DNA from: Desulfobacterales bacterium
GTDB taxonomy: Bacteria; Desulfobacterota; Desulfobacteria; Desulfobacterales; UBA11574
NCBI GenBank assembly: GCA_049583675.1
Contig: JBAUWG010000037.1
Coordinates: 1-57,098, forward strand
Length of the DNA stretch: 57,098 nucleotides
Direction of reading: 5' to 3'
Below the pieces are notes generated by a model. That model searched no databases, was not told the DNA's origin, and saw nothing but the letters and a program-made list of their open reading frames with translations. Below, piece by piece: positions 37,862 to 46,739 of the stretch (the first letter of the stretch is position 1; each line of letters opens with the position of its first letter). Made by a program: the position numbers and the translations under genes.

Positions 37862-39355
37862 ATGAAGAAATTTTTCAATATTTTTTTAATGACGCTGTTT
37901 TCTTTATTGTCGGCATCTCTTATCGTGGCGCATCCGCCGGCACATGCCGGGGACGTCCGAAAACCGCTATTTGCCGGCTCTTTCTACCCGGATACCGCCG
38001 AAGAACTTTCGACGGTGATTAAAAAATATGTCAGCCGGGTTAAGCCGGCCCATGTCAATCACCCGCCGGATACTTCACTCAAGGCGCTCATCATACCCCA
38101 CGCAGGATATGTCTATGCCGGATGGACGGCAGCCCATATTTCATCGGCAGTCAATGGAGATCGATCCAGAAGGATCATCGTCATGGGGCCGGACCATCGT
38201 ATCGGGTTTGAAGGATGTGCCGTCAGTGACGCGGCCGCCTGGGAAACTCCTTTGGGCCGGATTCGACTGGATCAGGGCGCCGACCGACTGCGCCAAAATA
38301 AAACCCTGTTTCAGGTGATTCCGGCGTCCGACCGGCTCGAACATTCCGTGGAAGTGGTTCTCCCGTATCTTCAGTATTTTTTTAAAAACTTTACCCTCAT
38401 CCCCGTCGTGTTCGGCCGGGGACAGGATCTGGCTGAAAAGGCGTCGGCATCCCTTGATCCTTTGTTGGATCAGGAGACTCTGATTGTGGCCAGTTCGGAT
38501 TTATCCCATTATCTGCCTTATCAGAAAGCAATTGCGAAAGATCGGGAAACCATTGAAAGCATCTTAACGCTGAATGACCGCAAATTGATAATGCGTGAGA
38601 ATGCCGCTTGCGGCAAGGTGCCGATTCTGGTTCTTATGGACATGGCCCGCCGTCACCACTGGCAGCCGGTTCTTCTTCATTATTCCAACAGCGGTGACAC
38701 CGCCGGAGATCGTTCAAGGGTTGTCGGTTATGCATCCATCGCCTTTTACGGAGGTTCATCTATGAAAGACCATGCAGATTCTATTCAATCTTTGAATGAG
38801 CGCCAGGGCCAGATACTGGTAAAACTGGCTCGGCAGACCATTGCTCAAAAGCTTGGAAAACGTTCGACCAAAGTTGATCCGGGTGCTTTAGCAGACCCGG
38901 GCTTTCAGAAAAAAAGGGGCACCTTTGTAACATTAACCATCGACAAACAGTTGCGGGGGTGCATCGGCAACTTGGATGCACGAGACTCAATTTTGGGCGG
39001 GGTCAGACGAAATGCCGTCAACGCCGCCTTCCATGACCCTCGTTTTTCCCCATTGAAAGCGGATGAACTGGACCATGTGGATATCGAAATCAGTATCCTT
39101 ACCGAACCCCGGTTCCTGGAATATCGGGACAGCAACGAATTGATTTCCAAATTGCGCGTTCATGTCGATGGGGTTATTCTTCAAAAAGGATCAGCCGGCG
39201 CCACCTTTTTACCCCAGGTGTGGGAGCAGTTGCCGAAGCCTGAAGATTTTCTTTCCCATCTTTGCATGAAAGCAGGACTGCCCGCCGACACCTGGAGAAA
39301 GGAACATCTCGATGTTTCGACTTACCAGGTTCAATATTTTGAAGAGGAGAAATGA
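37862..39355 (+). CDS. Fusion of AmmeMemoRadiSam system protein B (Memo-like) and protein A (AMMECR1) with N-terminal Sec-type signal peptide
   Basis: 497 aa. Signal MKKFFNIFLMTLFSLLSASLIVAHPPAHA|G. Memo motifs PHAGYVYAG, MGPDHR, LEHSVEV, SSDLSHY and ACGKVP. From about nt 38760, the AMMECR1 motifs GTFVTLTIDKQLRGCIGN and ATFLPQVWEQL. Confidence 0.85.
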   Translation: MKKFFNIFLMTLFSLLSASLIVAHPPAHAGDVRKPLFAGSFYPDTAEELSTVIKKYVSRVKPAHVNHPPDTSLKALIIPHAGYVYAGWTAAHISSAVNGDRSRRIIVMGPDHRIGFEGCAVSDAAAWETPLGRIRLDQGADRLRQNKTLFQVIPASDRLEHSVEVVLPYLQYFFKNFTLIPVVFGRGQDLAEKASASLDPLLDQETLIVASSDLSHYLPYQKAIAKDRETIESILTLNDRKLIMRENAACGKVPILVLMDMARRHHWQPVLLHYSNSGDTAGDRSRVVGYASIAFYGGSSMKDHADSIQSLNERQGQILVKLARQTIAQKLGKRSTKVDPGALADPGFQKKRGTFVTLTIDKQLRGCIGNLDARDSILGGVRRNAVNAAFHDPRFSPLKADELDHVDIEISILTEPRFLEYRDSNELISKLRVHVDGVILQKGSAGATFLPQVWEQLPKPEDFLSHLCMKAGLPADTWRKEHLDVSTYQVQYFEEEK

Positions 39356-41447
39356 ACATGTAGTAACACGGGTGATCATCGCTACCGGTGTCTCGTCCGT
39401 AGTGACCCAGTTATTGATCATTCGTGAATTTCTGGCCCAGTTCCAGGGGAACGAGTTTGTTATCGCCCTGATTCTCTTCAACTGGCTTATTTTGGGCGGA
39501 ATCGGCACGATTTTATCCCGCAGAATCACTCGAAACTTATGGGCCGCCACCGCAACCCGGCTGGGCTGGCTCTCTTTTCTTTTGGCGGGGTTGCCCGGTG
39601 TTCAGATCATAGCCATCCGGTATCTTCGCGATATCTTTTTCATCCATGGAAGTTCCGTCGGGTTCTATCCCTTTTTAATCTATTCCTTCCTGATCACCGC
39701 CCCCTATTGCCTGATGATCGGTTTTGTTCTCCCTTACAGTCTTTTCGTCATCAGAACGTCGAATGCCGACTATCCCGGCGCACTGATTTATATATCGGAT
39801 AATTTGGGAGATGTTTCCGGCGGGGCCTTGTTTTCCTTTGTCCTGGTTTTTTGGGTTTCTCCGATGACCGCCGTATTTCTGGCCAACCTGCCGTTGCTAT
39901 TGTCCGCAATCCTGCTCTTTCATCATTTTTCCGGGGGTCGTCTTTCGGTCTATTTAGGAGCAGCCGCAACGATAGTCGTGCTGGGGGCCGGGATATTTTT
40001 AGAGCCGGCATCACTGGTTTTGCCTGAAGGCAAGCTGGCCTATTACAGTGAATCCCGATATGGCCGGATCCAGGTTTTGCAAAATCAGGAACAATATACG
40101 CTGTTCCTTGGGGGCGCCCCGTTGTTCAGCAGCCAGAATTTGAGCATGGCCGAAGAAACCATCCATTATCCCTTGTCGCAAGTGGATACGGCACGAAATA
40201 TTCTTTTGATCTCCGCCCAAGGCGGTATAATGACCGAACTTGAAAAATATCGTTCGGTGTCCGTTGATTATGTGGAACTGGATCCGAAAGTCGCGGATGT
40301 TGAATTCAGGTTCGGATTGATCAAAAAAATTCCAGGGCTTGCAATCATTCACCAAGATGGAAGGGCGTATCTGGAGAAATCGAACAAAATCTATGATGCC
40401 ATTATCGTGAACCTGAGTGAACCGGATACGTTTCAAATCAACAGATTCTATACCGATCGATTTTTTGCGCTGGCCCGGCGTCACCTGGGCCAACATGGGG
40501 TGTTGAGTTTTGCCATGGAGGGATTCGACAATTACCTGGCTGAACCCCAGAGACAGAAGCTTTCTTCGTTATATAATACGGTCTGCGATTATTTTAGCCA
40601 TGTGCTGTTGCTGCCGGGAGAAAAAATTTTTTTCCTTTGCGGTTCCCGGCCCATCAATACCGATATCCCGAAAATTCTAAATCAAAAAGGGATTTCAACG
40701 CGATATATCAGCGGATACTATTACGGAGATGTGACCCCTGAAAGAATCGAGCGGTTAAACGCGCTCATCGACCCAAAGACGCCCAAAAACTTAGATGATG
40801 CCCCCCAACTCATGCATCTCATGTTTTTGCAATGGTTTGCAAAGTTTTCCACTTCCCCGACCGGCTTCATGGTGGTTTTGGCGCTGTTTTGTACGGTCTA
40901 CCTTTTTCGTCTCCATTCGGAAGAATTTGTTCTTTTTTCCACCGGATTTATGGTCATGGGAAGTGAGATCCTGGTAATATTTGCTTTTCAAATTTTTTTC
41001 GGATATATTTATTTTCAAATCGGCCTGATCGTCACTGTTTTTCTGGCCGGTCTTTTGCCCGGCGCCTGGCTCGGGGATAGACTCAGAAAGAGAAGCAAAC
41101 AGATCCTCATGTTCACCGACGGCCTCCTGATCGTTTTCATGGGGCTGCTGATGGCAGCACTCAAGCAGGCCGGACATCATCTGCCGGTGACGGCTTACCT
41201 GGTTTTCGGATTTTTCGTTTCACTGATTTGCGGTTTTCAGTTTCCGGTGGCACTCTACGTAAGAGGCGGAGATGCTTCTGCGGTGACGCAGACCTTTTCT
41301 GCGGATCTTATCGGGGCGGCTTTCGGCACATTGATCGCCAGTGTCGTCCTGATTCCTTATTTCGGCATTATCTGGACGGCGGCCGGCCTGATCGGGCTTA
41401 AGCTTTTGAGTTTAACGGTGACCTATTTAAGTTATGAAAACGTTTAG
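39312..41447 (+). CDS. Fused polytopic membrane / spermidine synthase-like protein
   Basis: 711 aa. About 7 N-terminal and about 6 C-terminal TM helices flank a SpeE-fold domain (ILLISAQGGIMTELE, VDYVELDPKV, DAIIVNLSEPDTFQINRFYTDRFF). The start is either ATG 39312 (44-nt overlap with the upstream gene) or in-frame GTG 39372. Confidence 0.75.
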   Translation: MFRLTRFNILKRRNEHVVTRVIIATGVSSVVTQLLIIREFLAQFQGNEFVIALILFNWLILGGIGTILSRRITRNLWAATATRLGWLSFLLAGLPGVQIIAIRYLRDIFFIHGSSVGFYPFLIYSFLITAPYCLMIGFVLPYSLFVIRTSNADYPGALIYISDNLGDVSGGALFSFVLVFWVSPMTAVFLANLPLLLSAILLFHHFSGGRLSVYLGAAATIVVLGAGIFLEPASLVLPEGKLAYYSESRYGRIQVLQNQEQYTLFLGGAPLFSSQNLSMAEETIHYPLSQVDTARNILLISAQGGIMTELEKYRSVSVDYVELDPKVADVEFRFGLIKKIPGLAIIHQDGRAYLEKSNKIYDAIIVNLSEPDTFQINRFYTDRFFALARRHLGQHGVLSFAMEGFDNYLAEPQRQKLSSLYNTVCDYFSHVLLLPGEKIFFLCGSRPINTDIPKILNQKGISTRYISGYYYGDVTPERIERLNALIDPKTPKNLDDAPQLMHLMFLQWFAKFSTSPTGFMVVLALFCTVYLFRLHSEEFVLFSTGFMVMGSEILVIFAFQIFFGYIYFQIGLIVTVFLAGLLPGAWLGDRLRKRSKQILMFTDGLLIVFMGLLMAALKQAGHHLPVTAYLVFGFFVSLICGFQFPVALYVRGGDASAVTQTFSADLIGAAFGTLIASVVLIPYFGIIWTAAGLIGLKLLSLTVTYLSYENV

Positions 41448-42615
41448 CCGACGTCAATTTCTGTATTGCGGTGCGGGGCTTTTCTGCAGCGCCGTATCCG
41501 CCCAGGCATTCTGGCCGTTTTCCAAAAAAACAGGCATGGCAGCCGGACCGGCCGATATCCGCGGGCATGTCTTCAAAGGGGATGCGCCCGAGACATTGTG
41601 GAAATGGTCCCGTGAGGGATTTTTATATACAAAACTGGATAACAAACTGGTGCTTTGCGGTATCTGCCCGAACAGATGCCTTTTATCTCCCGGAGACCGA
41701 AGTGTTTGCCGTTCCAAGGTCAATATGGACGGCATTCTATACAGCTTGACCTACGGCAATCCTTGCAGCGTGAACGTGGATCCCATTGAAAAAAAACCGC
41801 TGTATCATTTCAAGCCGCGGTCAAATGCCTTTTCCATTGCCACTGCCGGCTGCAACTTCCGCTGTCTGAACTGCCAGAACTGGGAAATCTCTCAAGCCAA
41901 ACCGAACGAGGTTCGGCATTACGAACTTTTTCCGGCAGATGTCGTTAAAGCCGCACAGCAAAGCAAATGCCTGTCCATTGCATACACCTATTCGGAGGCG
42001 GTGACATTTTTTGAATATATGATCGACACCGCACGACTGGCCAGAGAAAGCGGTGTCTTCAATTTGTGGATTTCAAACGGTTATATCAACCGGGAACCGC
42101 TGCTGGCGCTCTGCAAGGTGCTGGATGCCGCCAATGTCAATCTCAAATCTTACAGCGACGCCATCTATCGAAAACTGAACGGCGGCCGGCTTCAGCCGGT
42201 GCTGGATACCTTTAAAACCCTGCGCGAACAAGGGGTCCATTTTGAAATGACAAATCTGGTGGTTCCCGGTTATGTGGATGACGATGATATGGTCAAAAAG
42301 ATGTGCGGATGGATTCTTGAAAACCTGGGCCCGGATTATCCCCTTCATTTTTTGCGGTTTTTTCCTAAATATAAACTTGATCGCCTGCCTTCGACCCCGG
42401 TCTCAACCCTGGTTCGATTCCGTAAACTGGCCATGTCGCAAGGCATCCATTATGTCTATGTGGGAAACGCTGCCTATCCCGAAGGAAACAACACCTATTG
42501 CCACCACTGCAAAAAATTGCTGATTGAACGGGCCGGTTATTTCATCCCGACCTACAACCTGGATGAGAATCGATGCAAGTTCTGCAAAACGCTGATTCCC
42601 GGCCGGTGGGAGTGA
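41434..42615 (+). CDS. amrS: AmmeMemoRadiSam system radical SAM enzyme with twin-arginine signal-like N-terminus
   Basis: 393 aa. N-terminus MKTFSRRQFLYCGAGLFCSAVSAQA|F. Cys-rich LCGICPNRCLLSPGDRSVCRSK. Radical SAM CX3CX2C motif in ATAGCNFRCLNCQNWEIS. 14-nt overlap with the upstream gene. Confidence 0.85.
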   Translation: MKTFSRRQFLYCGAGLFCSAVSAQAFWPFSKKTGMAAGPADIRGHVFKGDAPETLWKWSREGFLYTKLDNKLVLCGICPNRCLLSPGDRSVCRSKVNMDGILYSLTYGNPCSVNVDPIEKKPLYHFKPRSNAFSIATAGCNFRCLNCQNWEISQAKPNEVRHYELFPADVVKAAQQSKCLSIAYTYSEAVTFFEYMIDTARLARESGVFNLWISNGYINREPLLALCKVLDAANVNLKSYSDAIYRKLNGGRLQPVLDTFKTLREQGVHFEMTNLVVPGYVDDDDMVKKMCGWILENLGPDYPLHFLRFFPKYKLDRLPSTPVSTLVRFRKLAMSQGIHYVYVGNAAYPEGNNTYCHHCKKLLIERAGYFIPTYNLDENRCKFCKTLIPGRWE

Positions 42616-42662
42616 TGGGAGAGGCGCATCTTCTGAACGCGTACGAGCACCGACGGGATCGG

Positions 42663-43022
42663 TCACCAGAGCATTAAATATTTCTTTCCGTCTCTGAGTT
42701 CGCCTCTTAACTTCTCCATATGTCTGAGCGATGCAATTTCTCTTTCAAGATCCGCAGGATTTATCCCGAGCCGATGGATGATGTCCCCTGGTTCGGCGCC
42801 GCCCGTTTCCTTTAACAGGCGCAATATATTTTTCTGGGTCTCATTGAGTTCCAGGGGCCCGCCTTTGGATTTTGCAAAAGACTGTGCACTGTGCACGGCC
42901 CATGGGTCGCACGCTTTGGCCGGTGACAGCGCATCCATATAGCAATCTTCGCATAAAACCTGTCCGAGATGCTCTCTTTCTTCTCCGGTGTTGATGTCTT
43001 CGGAACATCGATCACATTTCAT
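42663..43022 (-). CDS. Small Zn-ribbon plus winged-helix (FeoC-like) putative regulator
   Basis: 119 aa. CxxC...CxxC (MKCDRCSEDI...VLCEDCYMD), then an HTH-like segment NETQKNILRLLKETGGAEPGDIIHRLGINPADLEREIASLRHMEKL. Divergent from aor. Confidence 0.6.
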   Translation of the reverse strand: MKCDRCSEDINTGEEREHLGQVLCEDCYMDALSPAKACDPWAVHSAQSFAKSKGGPLELNETQKNILRLLKETGGAEPGDIIHRLGINPADLEREIASLRHMEKLRGELRDGKKYLMLW

Positions 43023-43259
43023 TTTTAACCTCCTTATTATATGCCGGCTGTTGATGCCGGACTTGGCTGTTTGTCGTGTTGCCCACGAAAAAGATAGTTT
43101 ATTATAATTTTAGAAAAAAGGCAGGTATGTGTCAATTGCGAAACCAAAATTCAAAAGGGCAAAGATATGTGAATATGACACAAACGCTCCGCGACGGCAT
43201 ATATCTCTTTTTAACCAACTGAAACTTGTGTTTGACAATTCAATTAAGGTGCGCAGCGC

Positions 43260-43288
43260 TTTACAACCCTTGAGGGTTGTGGCATAAT
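43260..43288 (+). promoter_or_regulatory. Sigma-70-like promoter of aor with embedded perfect inverted repeat
   Basis: TTTACA (43260-43265), 17 nt, CATAAT (43283-43288). The spacer carries ACAACCC-TTGA-GGGTTGT (43263-43280), a perfect 7-bp inverted repeat. Confidence 0.5.
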
Positions 43289-43344
43289 CCCGGGTCAATA
43301 ACACTCAGGAGCAGCGCAAGATTCTGTAGATCGGAGCATCCGCG

Positions 43345-45141
43345 ATGAAGGGCTTTTACGGAAAATATTTAAACATAAATTTGACCGATGAAACATATGA
43401 GGTCGTTTCGATAAGCGATAGGATACTGGCGCGGTATCTCGGTGGGAAAGGTCTGTCGTCCTATCTTCTTTATACCTTGAATCCTCCGGGCGTCGATCCA
43501 TTGTCGCCGGACAACCGTTTGATTTTTGCCACCGGCCCCATCGCCAATAGCAGAATATGGGGATCGAGCCGTTACGGCGTCTTTACGAAGTCCCCTCAGA
43601 CCGGTTTTTATTCCGAATCCTATGCCGGCGGAAAAGTCCCGGAAGCCATGGATTCATCGGGGTTCGACGCCATCGTCCTATTCGGCAAAGCCAGGCGACC
43701 TACGGTGGTTTTGGTACATCCCAAGGGTGCGGAATTCTTTGATGCGGCGGGGATATGGGGTATGGACACCTATGAAACCGAAGATACCGTGAACCGAAGA
43801 TTCGGAGGCATGGGTTCCGGACCGGAAAAATCAGGTGCTGTTGTCATCGGTCCTGCCGGAGAAAACCGAATTCGATTCTCGGTCATCGAAAACGATTACT
43901 GGCGATCTGCAGGAAGAACCGGAACCGGAGCGGTTATGGGATCGAAATATCTCAAAGCCGTCGTGTTTAAGGGCGATAAAAGGCGTCTTCTTTTCGATAC
44001 GGAAACGGTGAAACGCTTTTCGAGGGAAATCGCCGGTGAATCGAGAAATAATCCTGTGGCCCAAGCATACAAAAAGATGGGGACGCCCATGATGGTGAGA
44101 ACCACCAATCAGGCCCGTGCATTTCCAACGAAATACTGGTCTCAAGGTTTTTTTGATCGATGGGAAAATATCAGCGCCGAGGCCCTGCACCGGCAATGCC
44201 GTGTTCAGCCGAGGGCCTGTGCAAAGTGCTTTATCGCATGCGGCCGAATGACCACGGTGGTCAACGGGCGCCATGCCGGTCTGAAAATCGAAGGGCCCGA
44301 ATATGAGACCATATTTGCCTTTGGCGGGCTTTGCATGATCGACAGTATCGAAGAGATTGCATATTTAAACGACGTTTGCGACCGTGTGGGGATGGATACC
44401 ATCTCCGCCGGGAATCTCTGCGGGTTGACCATTGAAGCCGCGAAAAAGAAAAAGATCGATCTTAAGATCGGTTACGGCGATATCGACGCCATTGCCGATT
44501 TGCTTAAAAAAATTGCAGGCAGGCAGGGGATCGGAGATATCCTGGCCCGGGGTATTAAACATGCGGCAAAAATTTGGGATATGGAAGATACGGCGGTGCA
44601 CGTGAAAGGACTTGAACCCCCGGGTTACGATCCCAGGGTTCTTAAAGGCAGCGGCTTGGCCTTTTCCGTATCGGACCGCGGCGCTTGCCACTTGAGAGCG
44701 ACGTTTCACAATCCCGAATTAAAAGGGATGATTCATCCGGACACTGTAACAGGCAAATCCGAACTACTGATCGATTTCGAAGACCGCCTGATTCTCATGG
44801 ACACGCTGATTTTATGCCGATTTTTCAGAGATATCTATCCCTGGGACCGGCTGGGGCAGATCATTGAAATGACCACCGGTATTAGAGCGGACAAAGCGGC
44901 ATTGCAGAACATCGCTTCCGGAATCGCCTCGCTGACGCGCTGCTTTAACCTTCGGGAAGGTCTCAAACCCGAGGATGACCGTCTTCCCCGGCGTTTTTTC
45001 AAAGAAATGCTAAAAACAGGTCATGTGGCCAATGAAACAAATCTGGCGGTGATGCTCAAAGATTATTACACCCTTCGCGGCTGGGATGAAGACGGGGTTC
45101 CTGAACACATAGATGGTGATCAGGCGCTTGAACAGACTTAA
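43345..45141 (+). CDS. aor: Aldehyde:ferredoxin oxidoreductase (tungstopterin AOR family)
   Basis: 598 aa. AOR N-terminal domain (MKGFYGKYLNINLTDETYEV...RYLGGKGLSSYLLY). [4Fe-4S] ligands in RACAKCFIACGR and DRGACHLR. Pterin-binding C-terminal domains. Confidence 0.9.
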   Translation: MKGFYGKYLNINLTDETYEVVSISDRILARYLGGKGLSSYLLYTLNPPGVDPLSPDNRLIFATGPIANSRIWGSSRYGVFTKSPQTGFYSESYAGGKVPEAMDSSGFDAIVLFGKARRPTVVLVHPKGAEFFDAAGIWGMDTYETEDTVNRRFGGMGSGPEKSGAVVIGPAGENRIRFSVIENDYWRSAGRTGTGAVMGSKYLKAVVFKGDKRRLLFDTETVKRFSREIAGESRNNPVAQAYKKMGTPMMVRTTNQARAFPTKYWSQGFFDRWENISAEALHRQCRVQPRACAKCFIACGRMTTVVNGRHAGLKIEGPEYETIFAFGGLCMIDSIEEIAYLNDVCDRVGMDTISAGNLCGLTIEAAKKKKIDLKIGYGDIDAIADLLKKIAGRQGIGDILARGIKHAAKIWDMEDTAVHVKGLEPPGYDPRVLKGSGLAFSVSDRGACHLRATFHNPELKGMIHPDTVTGKSELLIDFEDRLILMDTLILCRFFRDIYPWDRLGQIIEMTTGIRADKAALQNIASGIASLTRCFNLREGLKPEDDRLPRRFFKEMLKTGHVANETNLAVMLKDYYTLRGWDEDGVPEHIDGDQALEQT

Positions 45142-45287
45142 ATTCTTCCCGCAGCCTTGTCGGCAAGTTTTTTCAATAAGTCAAATTTAGGAGAACCCTC
45201 TATTTGTTTTGTTGAAATTAGAGATTATTTTATATAACTGGGAAATAAAAATTGCGAATGTAATTTTTCGATGGAGGTATAAAGGTC

Positions 45288-45782
45288 ATGATCAAGCTCA
45301 AGCCATCATTTATGATATTCCTTCTAATTGGTCTGAACGCTTTTCCTGCCTTTGCCGTTGAACAGAAAACGATGAGCATACAGGTGAAAAAAGGAGAGAT
45401 TCGTTCAACACCTTCCTTTCTCGGTGTTATCGTGGCCCGGGTTTCCTACGGCGATCGGGTTTATGTCCGGGAAGAAAAAGGTTCCTGGGTTAAGGTCCGT
45501 ACGGCGGAGCACAACAGCGAAGGCTGGATTCACAGTTCGGCCCTCACTTTAAAGAAGATCGTGTTCAATGCCGGGGCTGCAGATGTGCAGACATCCGCCT
45601 CCAGCAATGAGCTGGCCCTTGCCGGAAAGGGGTTCAACGAACAGGTTGAAAACGAATTTAAGGAACAAAATCCAAAAATTAATTATGCATGGGTCAACAG
45701 GATGGAAAAGTTTGTCGTTTCTGAAAAAGAGATCAAGCAGTTTCTGAAGGAGGGCAAGCTGACTCCGGAAGGAGGATTCTGA
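45288..45782 (+). CDS. Secreted bacterial SH3-domain protein
   Basis: 164 aa. Signal peptide ...LIGLNAFPAFA|V. SH3_3-like MSIQVKKGEIRSTPSFLGVIVARVSYGDRVYVREEKGSWVKVRT. The stop overlaps the next start (TGATG). Confidence 0.7.
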   Translation: MIKLKPSFMIFLLIGLNAFPAFAVEQKTMSIQVKKGEIRSTPSFLGVIVARVSYGDRVYVREEKGSWVKVRTAEHNSEGWIHSSALTLKKIVFNAGAADVQTSASSNELALAGKGFNEQVENEFKEQNPKINYAWVNRMEKFVVSEKEIKQFLKEGKLTPEGGF

Positions 45783-46735
45783 TGGCCATTGAAAGAAAAC
45801 AACAATCTATAAATTCCACCGTGAAGTCGGCAGTTCTAGGACTTGTCATTCTGATGGCCATTCCTGCTTTTCTGTCCGGCTGCAAGACCATGGAATCCTT
45901 GACCAACGTCGGTACGTCTTTTGGTAAATCCATGGGCTTGCTCACCGACTCCCAGGCCGAATCCATAACCAAAACCTCCAAAGCCGTGGAACGAAGCTTT
46001 GAAGACTTTACGCCGCAGCAGGAATATTACATCGGCCGTGCCGTGGGTGCGGTTATTGTCAACAAATACAAACCGTATAACAATAAAAGGGCCAACGCAT
46101 ATATCAACCTGCTGGGCCAGACCTTGGCACAAGCCTCGGATATGCCGGATACGTTTAACGGTTATCACTTTTTAATTTTGGATTCCAATGATATCAATGC
46201 ATTGTCCGCACCAGGGGGACTCATCTTTATTACCCGGGGATTATTGAGATGCTGCCAAAATGAAGACGCTGTGGCCGCGGTTCTGGCCCATGAAATCGGT
46301 CATGTTGAGCATAAGAACGGTCTTCAGGCCATCAAAAAATCCCGCGTAACATCAGCTCTGATCACCATCGGTACAGAAAGTGCGAAAACTTTTGGAAATA
46401 AGGATCTGGCCAATCTCACAAAGACCTTCGAGGGCTCTATTTCCGACATCACCTCAACGATGATCAATAGCGGCTATTCTCGAAATTTTGAACGCCAGGC
46501 AGATCTTGCCGCTGTCACCATCTTAAAACGTGTCGGCTATGATCCCAACGGCCTGGTGGAAATGCTGAAGGTGATGGAGACAAAGCTTAAACCCGGCGGC
46601 CTTGATTTTGCAAAAACACATCCTTCACCGGAAAGCAGAATCGCCGACATTCAAAAACACATCGGCAAATATGTTAAAGTTCAGGAGCCCAGCGTCAGAG
46701 AGAAAAGATTCCTGGCGGCGTTAAGGAAGATTTAA
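45782..46735 (+). CDS. M48-family zinc metalloprotease lipoprotein
   Basis: 317 aa. Lipobox FLSGC. HExxH in LAHEIGHVEH. Third-ligand motif YSRNFERQADLAAV, typical of M48 peptidases. Confidence 0.85.
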   Translation: MAIERKQQSINSTVKSAVLGLVILMAIPAFLSGCKTMESLTNVGTSFGKSMGLLTDSQAESITKTSKAVERSFEDFTPQQEYYIGRAVGAVIVNKYKPYNNKRANAYINLLGQTLAQASDMPDTFNGYHFLILDSNDINALSAPGGLIFITRGLLRCCQNEDAVAAVLAHEIGHVEHKNGLQAIKKSRVTSALITIGTESAKTFGNKDLANLTKTFEGSISDITSTMINSGYSRNFERQADLAAVTILKRVGYDPNGLVEMLKVMETKLKPGGLDFAKTHPSPESRIADIQKHIGKYVKVQEPSVREKRFLAALRKI

Positions 46736-46739
46736 CTCC

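Noticed and set aside
45150-45175. Possible intrinsic terminator after aor (CTTG-TCGG-CAAG followed by TTTTTT).
   Set aside because: The stem is only 4 bp, which is too weak to call with confidence.
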